Below are positions 1-9,100 of a stretch of 64,000 bases of DNA, in pieces. This stretch comes from Rikenella microfusus. Its GTDB lineage: Bacteria; Bacteroidota; Bacteroidia; Bacteroidales; Tenuifilaceae. The stretch covers positions 42,673-106,672 of the forward strand of contig DYKO01000010.1 of the NCBI GenBank assembly GCA_020722565.1, in the 5' to 3' direction. Numbering within the stretch: the stretch's first letter is position 1; every line of letters begins with the position of its first letter. A program made the position numbers and the translations under genes. A model generated the notes under the pieces. That model worked only from the letters and a program-made list of their open reading frames with translations. It was not told where the DNA came from and searched no databases.

Positions 1-35
1 CAAAAGGCCTTTTTTGCTATTACACATTTTGATGC

Positions 36-1328
36 CTACCAATCAGTGGTATAGCTATGGTTGTAAATTCTATAGGTTTTTAATTCACCGGTGGCAGAAT
101 TGCGGTAATGTATGTACCCTGAAAGAAGCGATAGAGTTTTTCCTGCAGATGATGTTTCGGCAAGTTTAAGCGACTGATCGCTATTTACCTTTAAGGTATG
201 ATTACCTTTTCCTTGGAACGATTGACCAATATTATCAATCACAACCGGAGGTAATCCTTTCCATTCCAGAACCACCTTTTCAACAACAAATGGGGCCTCG
301 TATTTGGACCGTATGGTTAGATCGGCTAAAATTCCATTCACCATCGATTCATCCTTTGATATGGCAGTTAAATGAATGGGATCGCTAAGAAAAATAGATG
401 CCTTATTTGCTGCCACATCAAAATAAAAAGACTTCTGGACGGTTACGCCACCAAACATGTACTTAACCAGGATATTGTTTTCTGGATCCTCATAACAATT
501 TTCATAGTTGTACTTAACAACCACATTGTCGGGGTTGTTAACTACTGAGGTAATACGGGCGCATTCCGATTTGGTTGTTGGCTTCTTGGCTGTTGAAATG
601 GCTTTCCCGTTAAGTCTAAGGTAATACTTAAGTTCGCCAAGGTCGCTTTCCATTTCAACCAGTTCAATGGAACTCAATAAAGACTTGTAACGGGTAATGC
701 CCAGGTTGCACTGGTCAACCCTTCCATCCATAAAGTAATCCTTAAGATTGCCTAGCTCTGCAATGTTTTTTTCGATTTGTTCAACCGATTCCACTTTATC
801 CACCTGCTCAAGCAGTTCTTCCATTTGGCGGGTAAGTTCGCGATCGCGCATCTTGTAATCAAGAACGAGCATCTTCAGCTCCGATTCGGGGAAAGGATAC
901 TTAATGTGATACATATAGTAAACCGATTTATCGGTGCGCTGCCGTTTTTCCCAATAAAAATCTGTGACCTTTGCAAGGGATATCCCCTGTAAAAATGGTA
1001 CTTTACCCGACTGGGTAGTTGTGGTTGTAGCAAACTTTTCAAGGAAAAGATTGACGTTGTTATTGTAGCTGGCCTCCTCCTTCCTCACCTCCGACGAAGC
1101 TTTAACATTCTCAGCTACTGACGATACAATCTGAGCTTTTACATTGGATAGAGCATTTTGCTGCGCATCCTGAGCTGTAGGGCCAGTCCCAACCACAATA
1201 ATGTAATCCTTTTCCAAACCATTCACCCATTTGGGTTGCTTACCGCTCTTTTCCAGTAATTTATCCTGGGCAGGAGTTATTCCAATTACACCTATTACGG
1301 TGAGAGCCAGAAGTAAATATCTTTTCAT
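36..1328 (-). CDS. Exported hypothetical protein: N-terminal LPP20-like domain, coiled-coil middle, beta-rich C-terminus
   Basis: 430-aa ORF with a Sec signal peptide. 'KQPKWVNGLEKDYIIVVGTGPTAQDAQQNALSNVKAQIVSSV' resembles the LPP20 P-x-W...G-x-G...A...A pattern. Last complete gene of the 6184->36 operon. Confidence 0.6.
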   Translation of the reverse strand: MKRYLLLALTVIGVIGITPAQDKLLEKSGKQPKWVNGLEKDYIIVVGTGPTAQDAQQNALSNVKAQIVSSVAENVKASSEVRKEEASYNNNVNLFLEKFATTTTTQSGKVPFLQGISLAKVTDFYWEKRQRTDKSVYYMYHIKYPFPESELKMLVLDYKMRDRELTRQMEELLEQVDKVESVEQIEKNIAELGNLKDYFMDGRVDQCNLGITRYKSLLSSIELVEMESDLGELKYYLRLNGKAISTAKKPTTKSECARITSVVNNPDNVVVKYNYENCYEDPENNILVKYMFGGVTVQKSFYFDVAANKASIFLSDPIHLTAISKDESMVNGILADLTIRSKYEAPFVVEKVVLEWKGLPPVVIDNIGQSFQGKGNHTLKVNSDQSLKLAETSSAGKTLSLLSGYIHYRNSATGELKTYRIYNHSYTTDW

Positions 1329-1387
1329 AATTAAATATTTTTTATCCCAAAGGGGATTGGTGAGTTATAAAACCAATGTTACAAAAA

Positions 1388-1410
1388 CAGCAACCCCAAG
1401 GGGGTTGCTG
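1388..1410 (-). terminator. Intrinsic terminator-like hairpin inside the operon
   Basis: Perfect 10-bp stem cagcaacccc-aag-ggggttgctg, followed on the minus strand by TTTTTGT, just after the stop of ORF 1430..2008. Confidence 0.7.
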
Positions 1411-1429
1411 CATGTTCTTTTAAGATCAA

Positions 1430-2008
1430 TTAAGGACGTTCCTTTTCTAACTTGTCCATTTCCTCATTGAATACCTGCTCGAATTTCATTTTGTCGTAAT
1501 CGAGCTGCAGCTTCTGATCCTTTGAAATACGATCCTTGATATTGTTAAGAACCTGATCCTTAGGAACCTGAAGTGCCTGAAAAACCTGATACTTGCCATC
1601 CTTCATCTGTAAAGTTTTGGAGCAAGCAACCTCTACATTGTTGAGTTCCTGGTTGATCACCTCACGGGTCATCTGCTCAAACTTCTGCTCAAACTCCGAA
1701 GCATCGCCCAATTGACGCTCATTAACGTAACGGTCAGCTACCGATTTCATAGTGGTGCTAATACTACGTGAAAGGTTGGTTTGAGCATCAATACGAGCTT
1801 TACTCTTAGCAGTGCTAAGATCGCTGCTTATACCATTCCCTGTTCCCCTAAAGTTTTTGCCATCGGTATGGAACTCATCATCGTTGCAGGGTACATTTAT
1901 TTCCTTGCCAAAAGAAGAATCTGCTGCCTTTTTGGAACCACCACAACTTGCCAGTGTAAAAGCAAATGCAAAAGCACTGGCTAACATAATCATACTTTTC
2001 ATCTTCAT
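1430..2008 (-). CDS. LPP20-family lipoprotein
   Basis: 192 aa with lipobox LASC. 'FRGTGNGISSDLSTAKSKARIDAQTNLSRSI' matches the LPP20 pattern. Confidence 0.7.
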   Translation of the reverse strand: MKMKSMIMLASAFAFAFTLASCGGSKKAADSSFGKEINVPCNDDEFHTDGKNFRGTGNGISSDLSTAKSKARIDAQTNLSRSISTTMKSVADRYVNERQLGDASEFEQKFEQMTREVINQELNNVEVACSKTLQMKDGKYQVFQALQVPKDQVLNNIKDRISKDQKLQLDYDKMKFEQVFNEEMDKLEKERP

Positions 2009-2061
2009 AATCGTTCAAATTTTAGGTTAAACTTCGATTTAAAAACATATTTGTTATTTGA

Positions 2062-3033
2062 TTATTTATTCTGATAAAGCCATCCCCAATCCCAGTTGAA
2101 ATGAGATGCTGCACCCCAATGTGCCCATGACATTGCAATTTCCTTGCCAGCCTGAATCATCAATTTATCTTTTTCTACGGAATCGTCGTACTGTTTCATT
2201 TTAAAGTTCCAAACATTGGCTCCGTCGGCAAGCATTTTCTGGGTAATTTCATCGGTTAAGCGAACAGCATCGGCATAGCATTCCATGTCGGGGGTAATTT
2301 TACCCAAAAATTCCGCTGCTTTGTCGGCATTCATATTGGCCCAAGCAGCCTTGGCTCCTGCCAGGTACTCAGTACACTTATAGTTGGCATACTGCTTGTA
2401 AATCTCAATGGATAGATCCATGCTTTTGTCAAAGCACTCGCGGCAAACATCGGGAACGGAGAGTAAAACAAACAGTGCCTCCTCGTACTTGCGTTGTCCA
2501 GCAAGTGCTTGAGCTCCTTTAAGTACAACATCGCACTGGGAGTTGTAATACTCAATAATCTTTTCTTTGCCCTTTTCAATAAAGCCCTTAAATTGCCCAG
2601 CCCTTACATTTATATTCTTAAGTGCCTGAATGTACGCCTTTTCATCGGTTTGCCCAACACCCTTAACGGAAATACTGGTTTGGCTGAAAATGTTTTGACT
2701 GGCTGCATCAACAATGTAAAATGTTACATCAAGATTGAGTGCCTGCATGGGAGGTGCAGTAGGTGTAACCTCCTTACTCATAACAGATACCAAGGGAACA
2801 ATGCAAAACCTTGGGTTTGCAGCGCTAGCACCTAAACCATTCTGAGTAGCAATCTGGCTCATTTTATTAACCAGCATTTGACGGGACTCAGCAGGAATAT
2901 TAGTTGCCTGGTCAGGGACAATAGCGGCAAGGGCAATCCTTCCTAAATCATCAGTTTTTCCCTGGCTATTCTGTGCATTAAGGTTCATTGCGATACCTAT
3001 AAGCACTATAATGGAAGCAATTATACGTTTCAT
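2062..3033 (-). CDS. Exported hypothetical protein (alpha/beta N-domain plus helical TPR-like C-domain)
   Basis: 323 aa with a signal peptide ending in AQ. The C-terminal half is amphipathic and helical ('KYEEALFVLLSVP', 'NADKAAEFLGKI'). Confidence 0.6.
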   Translation of the reverse strand: MKRIIASIIVLIGIAMNLNAQNSQGKTDDLGRIALAAIVPDQATNIPAESRQMLVNKMSQIATQNGLGASAANPRFCIVPLVSVMSKEVTPTAPPMQALNLDVTFYIVDAASQNIFSQTSISVKGVGQTDEKAYIQALKNINVRAGQFKGFIEKGKEKIIEYYNSQCDVVLKGAQALAGQRKYEEALFVLLSVPDVCRECFDKSMDLSIEIYKQYANYKCTEYLAGAKAAWANMNADKAAEFLGKITPDMECYADAVRLTDEITQKMLADGANVWNFKMKQYDDSVEKDKLMIQAGKEIAMSWAHWGAASHFNWDWGWLYQNK

Positions 3034-3045
3034 ACTCTACATGTA

Positions 3046-4005
3046 TTATTTTTCTCCAAGAATTAACCAGGCTTCACCTAATCCCCGCAGGTATAGCTTA
3101 GAAGGAATTCCCATTCCATTAAGGTATTTACGAAGACCGCTAACGAATGAACGTGTATCAACGGCACGTTGGCGTCCCTTTTCATCGGTTCTCATCATTG
3201 GAATGCGAACCTGTTCAAACTTCATGAAGTTTTCGGTAGCATCTGAGAGATTGAACCGGCCTTCTACGCAATTGTCAGCAAACCAATCCTCGATAATTGT
3301 GGAAAGTTCTGTTCCATCGCTGCCAAACTCTGATTCGAGGTTTTCGCCCCAGTTGCCCCAAACCTTAATCTGAACCTTAACCTCACGACCCTTGGCAAAC
3401 ATATCCTCAAAATGGCGCATCAAGCCAGCGTTAAAATTATCCATGTGACTGAGAACGGCTTCCTCCAGCAAGAGTTCAGGAGAGGCAGCGGTAGATGGGT
3501 TACCGGCTCCTGCTACGCCTGAAACCTGTTTAGCAGTGTACGCATCGAGACCTTTAAGGTTGAATACGATGTACTTTTGGGGACCCTGACGTTTCACATC
3601 AAAATCAAGGTCCATAATAATATCAGCCTTGGCAACACGTTTTAAGGCATCAATAGGGCTTTCGGCCATCTCCGAACCACTCGATGAACTTGTTAGCAAT
3701 GATGACTCGGCACGTTCCTGCTCCAAATTTTTGAGTTCCTGTTCCAGATCCTTGAGAGGGAACCCCCTATCAGCCATTATCTGACCCATTTTAGTAATTA
3801 CCAAACGCAAATCGGGATCGCTTTGAAGTGCTGTTTTGTAATCGGGCAGCACCTGCTTCATACCCTGATTTTGAAACTCCATTTTATACCCGCGACTAAT
3901 GCAATACTGGTCGCTGGGAACCACCATAATTATGGGTTTCTTTGCCTGCCCAAAGGCCAGAAAAGTCAGGGCTAGTAGCGCAGATGATAGTATATATTTT
4001 CTCAT
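3046..4005 (-). CDS. DUF6175-like exported protein (CsgG/TolB-N-like fold suspected)
   Basis: 319 aa with a signal peptide. 'QAKKPIIMVVPSD' and 'KADIIMDLDF...FNLKGLDAYTAKQV' were recognised from memory as DUF6175-type. Confidence 0.55.
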   Translation of the reverse strand: MRKYILSSALLALTFLAFGQAKKPIIMVVPSDQYCISRGYKMEFQNQGMKQVLPDYKTALQSDPDLRLVITKMGQIMADRGFPLKDLEQELKNLEQERAESSLLTSSSSGSEMAESPIDALKRVAKADIIMDLDFDVKRQGPQKYIVFNLKGLDAYTAKQVSGVAGAGNPSTAASPELLLEEAVLSHMDNFNAGLMRHFEDMFAKGREVKVQIKVWGNWGENLESEFGSDGTELSTIIEDWFADNCVEGRFNLSDATENFMKFEQVRIPMMRTDEKGRQRAVDTRSFVSGLRKYLNGMGIPSKLYLRGLGEAWLILGEK

Positions 4006-4017
4006 GGTAAATGTATT

Positions 4018-4539
4018 TTAAAATCCTGCATCTAGGCGGCGAGCAATGCCATCGGCTTCGAGTTGCTTACGAAGTGCATCGTACATCACCTGAACATAGA
4101 TGGCCACCTTGTAGCCCTTTTTCATTTTAATTCGATCCTCCCCTGCGGGATCGGCATCGTTTGTAACCGCAATGTACTGCAAAAATTTACCCCCTACCTG
4201 GAAAAAATTTTCAAAGTAATCGGCATGAATTTGCTCCGCATTGGGCTGGGAGCAAATGGGGGGAGTGGTAGCAGAACCGGCACCGCCGGGAAGCCCTTTA
4301 AATATACAAGCTGCAACTGCGGCTTCCTTGGCATTCATAACAGCCAAAGGGACACTCTTACCGTAACCCCATACCTTAAATACCTTGGTACCATCCTGGC
4401 CAACGCCAACGGGTTCAATTTCGTAGTTGTACTGGCTATTCCATAGAATCTTTCGTTCCTTGCGCGATTGAGCAGATGCGGGTAATACCACTGCCACGGC
4501 CAAAACTGCTAATGTAATCGATAGCAATACTCTTTTCAT
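4018..4539 (-). CDS. Exported hypothetical protein (LPP20/FlgT-N-like fold suspected)
   Basis: 173 aa with signal peptide ASA|Q. Contains 'KVWGYGKSVPLAVMNAKEAAV' and C-terminal 'YKVAIYVQVMYDALRKQL'. Confidence 0.55.
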   Translation of the reverse strand: MKRVLLSITLAVLAVAVVLPASAQSRKERKILWNSQYNYEIEPVGVGQDGTKVFKVWGYGKSVPLAVMNAKEAAVAACIFKGLPGGAGSATTPPICSQPNAEQIHADYFENFFQVGGKFLQYIAVTNDADPAGEDRIKMKKGYKVAIYVQVMYDALRKQLEADGIARRLDAGF

Positions 4540-4558
4540 AACTTATTGAATTATTTAG

Positions 4559-6184
4559 TTAGAACATCAATTTAATGCCAAACATGGTTGACATGCCCTT
4601 TCTATCGGTAAATATATCAGTCCATGTTAAACCGGTATCTCCATTGTCGTTTTCAGCATTACCAATAAACGAATATAACCCCAAGCCTCCCATGACTTGA
4701 ATGTAATGTCTCAAATTTAGTGCCAAATTTGCACCGGGTTTCAAATAAAGAACATTTAGAGCTCCATTGGTAAAATCGCTATGGCTAGCCTGTTCCTTAC
4801 CAAGGCCAATATATGTACGAAGTTCAACATTGCGTGTAAGCATGAATCCTTTAGCCAAACCTACTCCATAGTGTAAAAAAGTTACTCCATCCTGAATAGG
4901 ATAATCTTTTATCTGTGCACCACCCTCAACGTAAACGAATAAAGCTTTTATGTTAATATAACGTCCCATGCGGGCATCAAAACGGCCATACACTCCTCCT
5001 ACTTCACCAGTCTCGTAACCCAACAGCAGCTCAACCCCAAAATCGTTTTGCTGGCGCAGCAGGTAGCCCTCACGTAACTTTCTACCAGCAGTTTGGTAAA
5101 ACTCCGAGGTGGGCATATCACCCCTTGCCACCTGACGATTATCAACAATTTTGCTGGTTGCGCGAATAACCCCACGGAAGTGAGGCTCCACCTTATTTGC
5201 CTTTTCGTTGTAAACATACTCATATGCAAAGTAACGGTGGTCGCATTTTAAACCCTCCTTTAAACCAATTTTAGCCCTTATAGGACGAACCTGATGGATT
5301 GTAGTTTTAACCATAAATTCCTCTTGATTCATCTCGAGATAATAAAGGGTTTCATCATAGCCCTTTTGAACCAGCTCTTGAAAGAGCTGCTCCTCTGTTT
5401 TTTGCTTGATAAATTTACCTAATTGTGTATCCTCAGTTGGCTGCGATGCTGTAACATATACTGTTGTTTTAGTCACAAATTTGATGGGAATGCTTAACTC
5501 CTGAAACTTTTTATTTTTTTCAGCTTTTACCTCAGGGGAATCCTCGGGGTATATCCAACAATCATATAGGGCATTTTGTATCTCCTGATTAAAGTCAACC
5601 TTAAAGAGGTAGCCATTAACGGTGGCCTTCCAACCCTTCATTTTTTCAATCTTGGCCTCTTTCATATTCATTACATTCTGATAATCCAGAAGCAAAATAT
5701 AACTCTTCTCAATCAAACGGTTTCCGTAATCTTTTAGCATACTTTCGCCGCGTTTGGTAGCCTGCGCCTTAATGTACGCTGCATCGGTTGCATTAAACAT
5801 ACCACGGTCGAACACTAGTTCAAGATCCATGGCTCCATCTTCCTTTCGATTGTACCATTTGCTTACTATGGCATTTGCAACACCTTTACTAAGAAGGTAA
5901 CTTTCAATTACCTGTTCTGGTTTAACTGAAACATCACTGCGAGAGTAAGGAGATTCAATTACTAAGTTATCTAAATTGTTGTTGTAATACTTATCAGTAA
6001 AGGCGACCTTGTTAAAAAGGCCTTCTACCTCCGAAGCATGATTTTGAGTTGGAAATTTCAGATAAAATGTGGTTATTGAACTTCTGTCGTAGGTCGATGG
6101 GATCTTATTCCCTTTTTCAACATCCTGGGCAAAACCTGCAACACCCAGCAAAATAAAAGCAATTACTGACAACAGTTTTTTCAT
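4559..6184 (-). CDS. Outer-membrane protein: soluble N-region plus C-terminal small beta-barrel
   Basis: 541 aa with a signal peptide. The last ~160 aa are alternating amphipathic strands ending in 'MFGIKLMF', a terminal Phe typical of BAM substrates. Confidence 0.6.
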   Translation of the reverse strand: MKKLLSVIAFILLGVAGFAQDVEKGNKIPSTYDRSSITTFYLKFPTQNHASEVEGLFNKVAFTDKYYNNNLDNLVIESPYSRSDVSVKPEQVIESYLLSKGVANAIVSKWYNRKEDGAMDLELVFDRGMFNATDAAYIKAQATKRGESMLKDYGNRLIEKSYILLLDYQNVMNMKEAKIEKMKGWKATVNGYLFKVDFNQEIQNALYDCWIYPEDSPEVKAEKNKKFQELSIPIKFVTKTTVYVTASQPTEDTQLGKFIKQKTEEQLFQELVQKGYDETLYYLEMNQEEFMVKTTIHQVRPIRAKIGLKEGLKCDHRYFAYEYVYNEKANKVEPHFRGVIRATSKIVDNRQVARGDMPTSEFYQTAGRKLREGYLLRQQNDFGVELLLGYETGEVGGVYGRFDARMGRYINIKALFVYVEGGAQIKDYPIQDGVTFLHYGVGLAKGFMLTRNVELRTYIGLGKEQASHSDFTNGALNVLYLKPGANLALNLRHYIQVMGGLGLYSFIGNAENDNGDTGLTWTDIFTDRKGMSTMFGIKLMF

Positions 6185-6339
6185 ACGATTTAGGTTTTTA
6201 GGATTATTGAATAAAATTACAGCAATTTTTTGGAAATCAAGTATTAATTTTTTGATTTTGCTGTTATCTAATCATTAAAAATCAACTGTATATGATAGTA
6301 TTATTTCCTTTGATGGAGTAATAGCCACTATTAATCAAA

Positions 6340-6363
6340 AAAAGAGGGTAAAAACCCTCTTTT
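6340..6363 (-). terminator. Intrinsic terminator after alkaline phosphatase
   Basis: Stem aaaagagggt-aaaa-accctctttt with A/T tracts. Confidence 0.7.
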
Positions 6364-6384
6364 GAAAAAATTTTTAAAAAACTA

Positions 6385-7794
6385 TCATTTAAGCCCCGAT
6401 GCTTCTAAAAGTTTTTTGGGTATATCGGTATTATCGAGCATTGGGGCAAATAGTTCCTGTCCTACGCCAATTACGTAGACTGGTACGGGTTGTCCGGTAT
6501 GGGAGCCAGTAGTCCAGCCAAACCCGGCCTTTTGGTTGACAATTTGAATGGCATACTCCGAAATGGGATCGGTTTTGCTGTAGGTAGTTACTTCCTCTGC
6601 ATTATTGTTTGAACCATATACATTCAAGTATGCCTTTCGGAGCACCTCTTTTTCAGAATCGGTAAGTTGTATACTTCCTGATAAACCAGTATATTGATTC
6701 AGTAGGGAAAGCAAATCGTTGAAAGTTGCCCTTGGATTGCTGGTTCGGAATTCATGAACTATTTGATGAAGCTGTTCTTTTGATACTTTTTGGAACTGAA
6801 GCAGGGCGGGATGAACATCGTACTTATTTGACCTGTTACCAATTGAAAAACCTCCGGTTTCATGGTCAGCAGTAACCAATATAAGGGTCTGCGAAGGGTT
6901 TTTGCGATAGAATTCAACAGCAACGTCCACCGCTCTGGAAAAGGCAATGACATCGTGAATAACAGTAGCTGCGTCGTTATCATGGGCAGCCCAGTCAATC
7001 TTACCCCCCTCAACCATAATGAAAAAACCGTTGGGATTGTTTACTACCTCAATTGCCTTACGAGTAATATCAGCCAAACTCACTCCTTCGGTCGTACGAT
7101 CAATCTCATAGTTTAAGGAACTTCCGGGAGCAGGATTGGGTGAGGAGTAAACAATTGGCTTAGTTCCTAGTTTAACTAAAGAATCGACGCCGCTAAATGT
7201 TGATGTAAATTCATAACCATAGGCTTTACCCAAATCGAAAATTGAGGGTGATAAGGTATCCCCTTTTAACCCATAGGGTTGAAGTAATCCGCCTGAAGCA
7301 AAAAAATCGTATCCGGATTTTAGCATTTGACGGGCAATCTGGTAGTATTCATTTCGACTTTTCACATGAGCATAGAATGCAGCCGGCGTGGCATGATCGA
7401 TGCTCACACTGGTAAGGATGGCCACCTTTCTACCAGAGTCCTTAAACTTTTTTGCAATGCTATATAGGGTATCTGTTCTACTAGTATTTAGGCCAATGGT
7501 GTTAATTGATGTTTTGTACCCGGTTGAGAGTGCAGTTCCTGCAACTGCTGAACAGGTTATGAATCGGTTTGCAGCGTAAGTAGTTGAAGACGATACAACA
7601 GGAAATTTTGTAAAAGTGATTCCAGCGGTATCGTTTAGCACACTATCGGCATACAGTTGGGCGGCAGTTACATGCGATACACCCATGCCATCGCCAATAA
7701 ATAGAAAAACATACTTGGCCTGATGCTTAGTGGTTTCACACCCCACTAAAAGTAGGGCCAAAAGGTATAAAAAAATAGGATACTTAGTTCTCAT
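6385..7794 (-). CDS. phoA: Alkaline phosphatase (PhoA family), lipoprotein
   Basis: Motifs GDGMG, (T)CSA catalytic Ser, HATPAAFYAH, EGGKIDWAAHDND, TADHETGG and HTG; lipobox LVGC. Confidence 0.9.
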   Translation of the reverse strand: MRTKYPIFLYLLALLLVGCETTKHQAKYVFLFIGDGMGVSHVTAAQLYADSVLNDTAGITFTKFPVVSSSTTYAANRFITCSAVAGTALSTGYKTSINTIGLNTSRTDTLYSIAKKFKDSGRKVAILTSVSIDHATPAAFYAHVKSRNEYYQIARQMLKSGYDFFASGGLLQPYGLKGDTLSPSIFDLGKAYGYEFTSTFSGVDSLVKLGTKPIVYSSPNPAPGSSLNYEIDRTTEGVSLADITRKAIEVVNNPNGFFIMVEGGKIDWAAHDNDAATVIHDVIAFSRAVDVAVEFYRKNPSQTLILVTADHETGGFSIGNRSNKYDVHPALLQFQKVSKEQLHQIVHEFRTSNPRATFNDLLSLLNQYTGLSGSIQLTDSEKEVLRKAYLNVYGSNNNAEEVTTYSKTDPISEYAIQIVNQKAGFGWTTGSHTGQPVPVYVIGVGQELFAPMLDNTDIPKKLLEASGLK

Positions 7795-7960
7795 ATATAG
7801 TTAGATATTTGTTTTTACGTTATCAATATGTGCTGATTTTGAATACTATAAATATACATTATCTGAACTATTTAACTTTTAAGGGATTATTAAGTATCAA
7901 TTAATTCGAAAGCAGATACTAATAAAACAAAATAAACAATAAACTTTCAATAAAAGTTTA

Positions 7961-7988
7961 AAAAAAGCTGCCCTAAGGCAGCTTTTTT
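7961..7988 (-). terminator. Intrinsic terminator after the exbB-exbD operon
   Basis: aaaaaagctgcc-ctaa-ggcagctttttt, a perfect stem with tracts on both sides. Confidence 0.85.
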
Positions 7989-8007
7989 AAAAAATATGTA
8001 AAATTTG

Positions 8008-8475
8008 CTACTTGGCTGCTTTACGTGCAGCATAAACTATCTTCAAAGCACTGGCCTTACGGAGCTCCTGCTTCACATCGGTAACAACTCCCATTCGGGT
8101 GTCCTTATCGATTTTTAGCGAGGTGGTTAATAATGGTTTTTCTTCCTCCTTAAGAGCTTCGCGCTCAGAAGCTATAAAGTCGCGAATATCATCGAGACCC
8201 TTGAAGGAATCGTTGAGCTGAATCCTAGGCTCAGTTCCAAATAAAGTTTGGAACTGCTTTAAAGGAGGGCCAATATAAATATAGGATACCAACGATTTCT
8301 TTTCGAGTTTATTAACCTCAGTGGCCTCGGGCAATTTATTGCTAACCATCAAGGAAGTATCACGCATGCTGGTGCTCACCATGAAAAAGAACAACAGCAT
8401 GAAAACAATATCAGGTAATGAAGCAGTGGATATAGCCTGAAGCTCCTTTTTGTCTTTACGTTCAAACTTTGCCAT
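8008..8475 (-). CDS. exbD: ExbD/TolR family biopolymer transport protein
   Basis: 'STASLPDIVFMLLFFFMVST' transmembrane helix with the conserved Asp; C-terminal 'LKIDKDTRMGVVTDVKQELRKA'. Confidence 0.9.
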   Translation of the reverse strand: MAKFERKDKKELQAISTASLPDIVFMLLFFFMVSTSMRDTSLMVSNKLPEATEVNKLEKKSLVSYIYIGPPLKQFQTLFGTEPRIQLNDSFKGLDDIRDFIASEREALKEEEKPLLTTSLKIDKDTRMGVVTDVKQELRKASALKIVYAARKAAK

Positions 8476-8477
8476 GG

Positions 8478-9053
8478 TTACTTTCCTCCTACGTTTTTGG
8501 GTTCAGCTTCGGAAATTTTGAGGGGGATAGCCTTTGAGATAGCCTCCTGCTCCTTTTTGTCAAGCTTATTAAAAGGTCTTCCGAACATTGATGTAGAAAG
8601 TTCATTACGGAGATCATTGTAAGCAGCAACCAATTCGTTCTGAACTTTCATGTACATATCGTAGGAAGTGCCGCGGTCGTTCTGAAGTGAAACTACACCC
8701 TTCGAAACCCTGTATTTCCCAATTAGAGGTATATCCTTTTCCTCGAATTCGGATAGGTTGGGGTCGTTATTAGGATTAACAATAAACTCTTTGGTTTTCT
8801 CCTTGAGCATGCTAACCTCCATGGGCTCACCTCGAACTAAAAGCCTATCGCTTTTATTGATAAGCACGGTAAATATATTCCTGCGCTTAACCTCTATATC
8901 TTCCTGTTTTTGCTTGGGATCGGGCATGGGAGGGAGCATCCTCGTCAGACCGGTATCCACATTCATGGTTGAAGTCATCAGGAAGAAGATGAGCAAAAGG
9001 AAAGCTATGTCGGCAGTTGAACTGGCATTAACTTCTGGAATTTTTCTTGCCAT
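8478..9053 (-). CDS. exbD: ExbD/TolR family biopolymer transport protein
   Basis: 'NASSTADIAFLLLIFFLMTS' transmembrane helix with the conserved Asp; 'SLQNDRGTSYDMYMKVQNEL'. Confidence 0.9.
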   Translation of the reverse strand: MARKIPEVNASSTADIAFLLLIFFLMTSTMNVDTGLTRMLPPMPDPKQKQEDIEVKRRNIFTVLINKSDRLLVRGEPMEVSMLKEKTKEFIVNPNNDPNLSEFEEKDIPLIGKYRVSKGVVSLQNDRGTSYDMYMKVQNELVAAYNDLRNELSTSMFGRPFNKLDKKEQEAISKAIPLKISEAEPKNVGGK

Positions 9054-9070
9054 CTTTTCTTAATATTTAA

Positions 9071-9096
9071 AGGTTAGCCGGTAATCCGGCTAACCT
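9071..9096. other. Intercistronic 11-bp hairpin
   Basis: aggttagccgg-taat-ccggctaacct between the membrane-protein gene and the first exbD, with only a weak U-tract. Confidence 0.6.
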
Positions 9097-9100
9097 AAGA

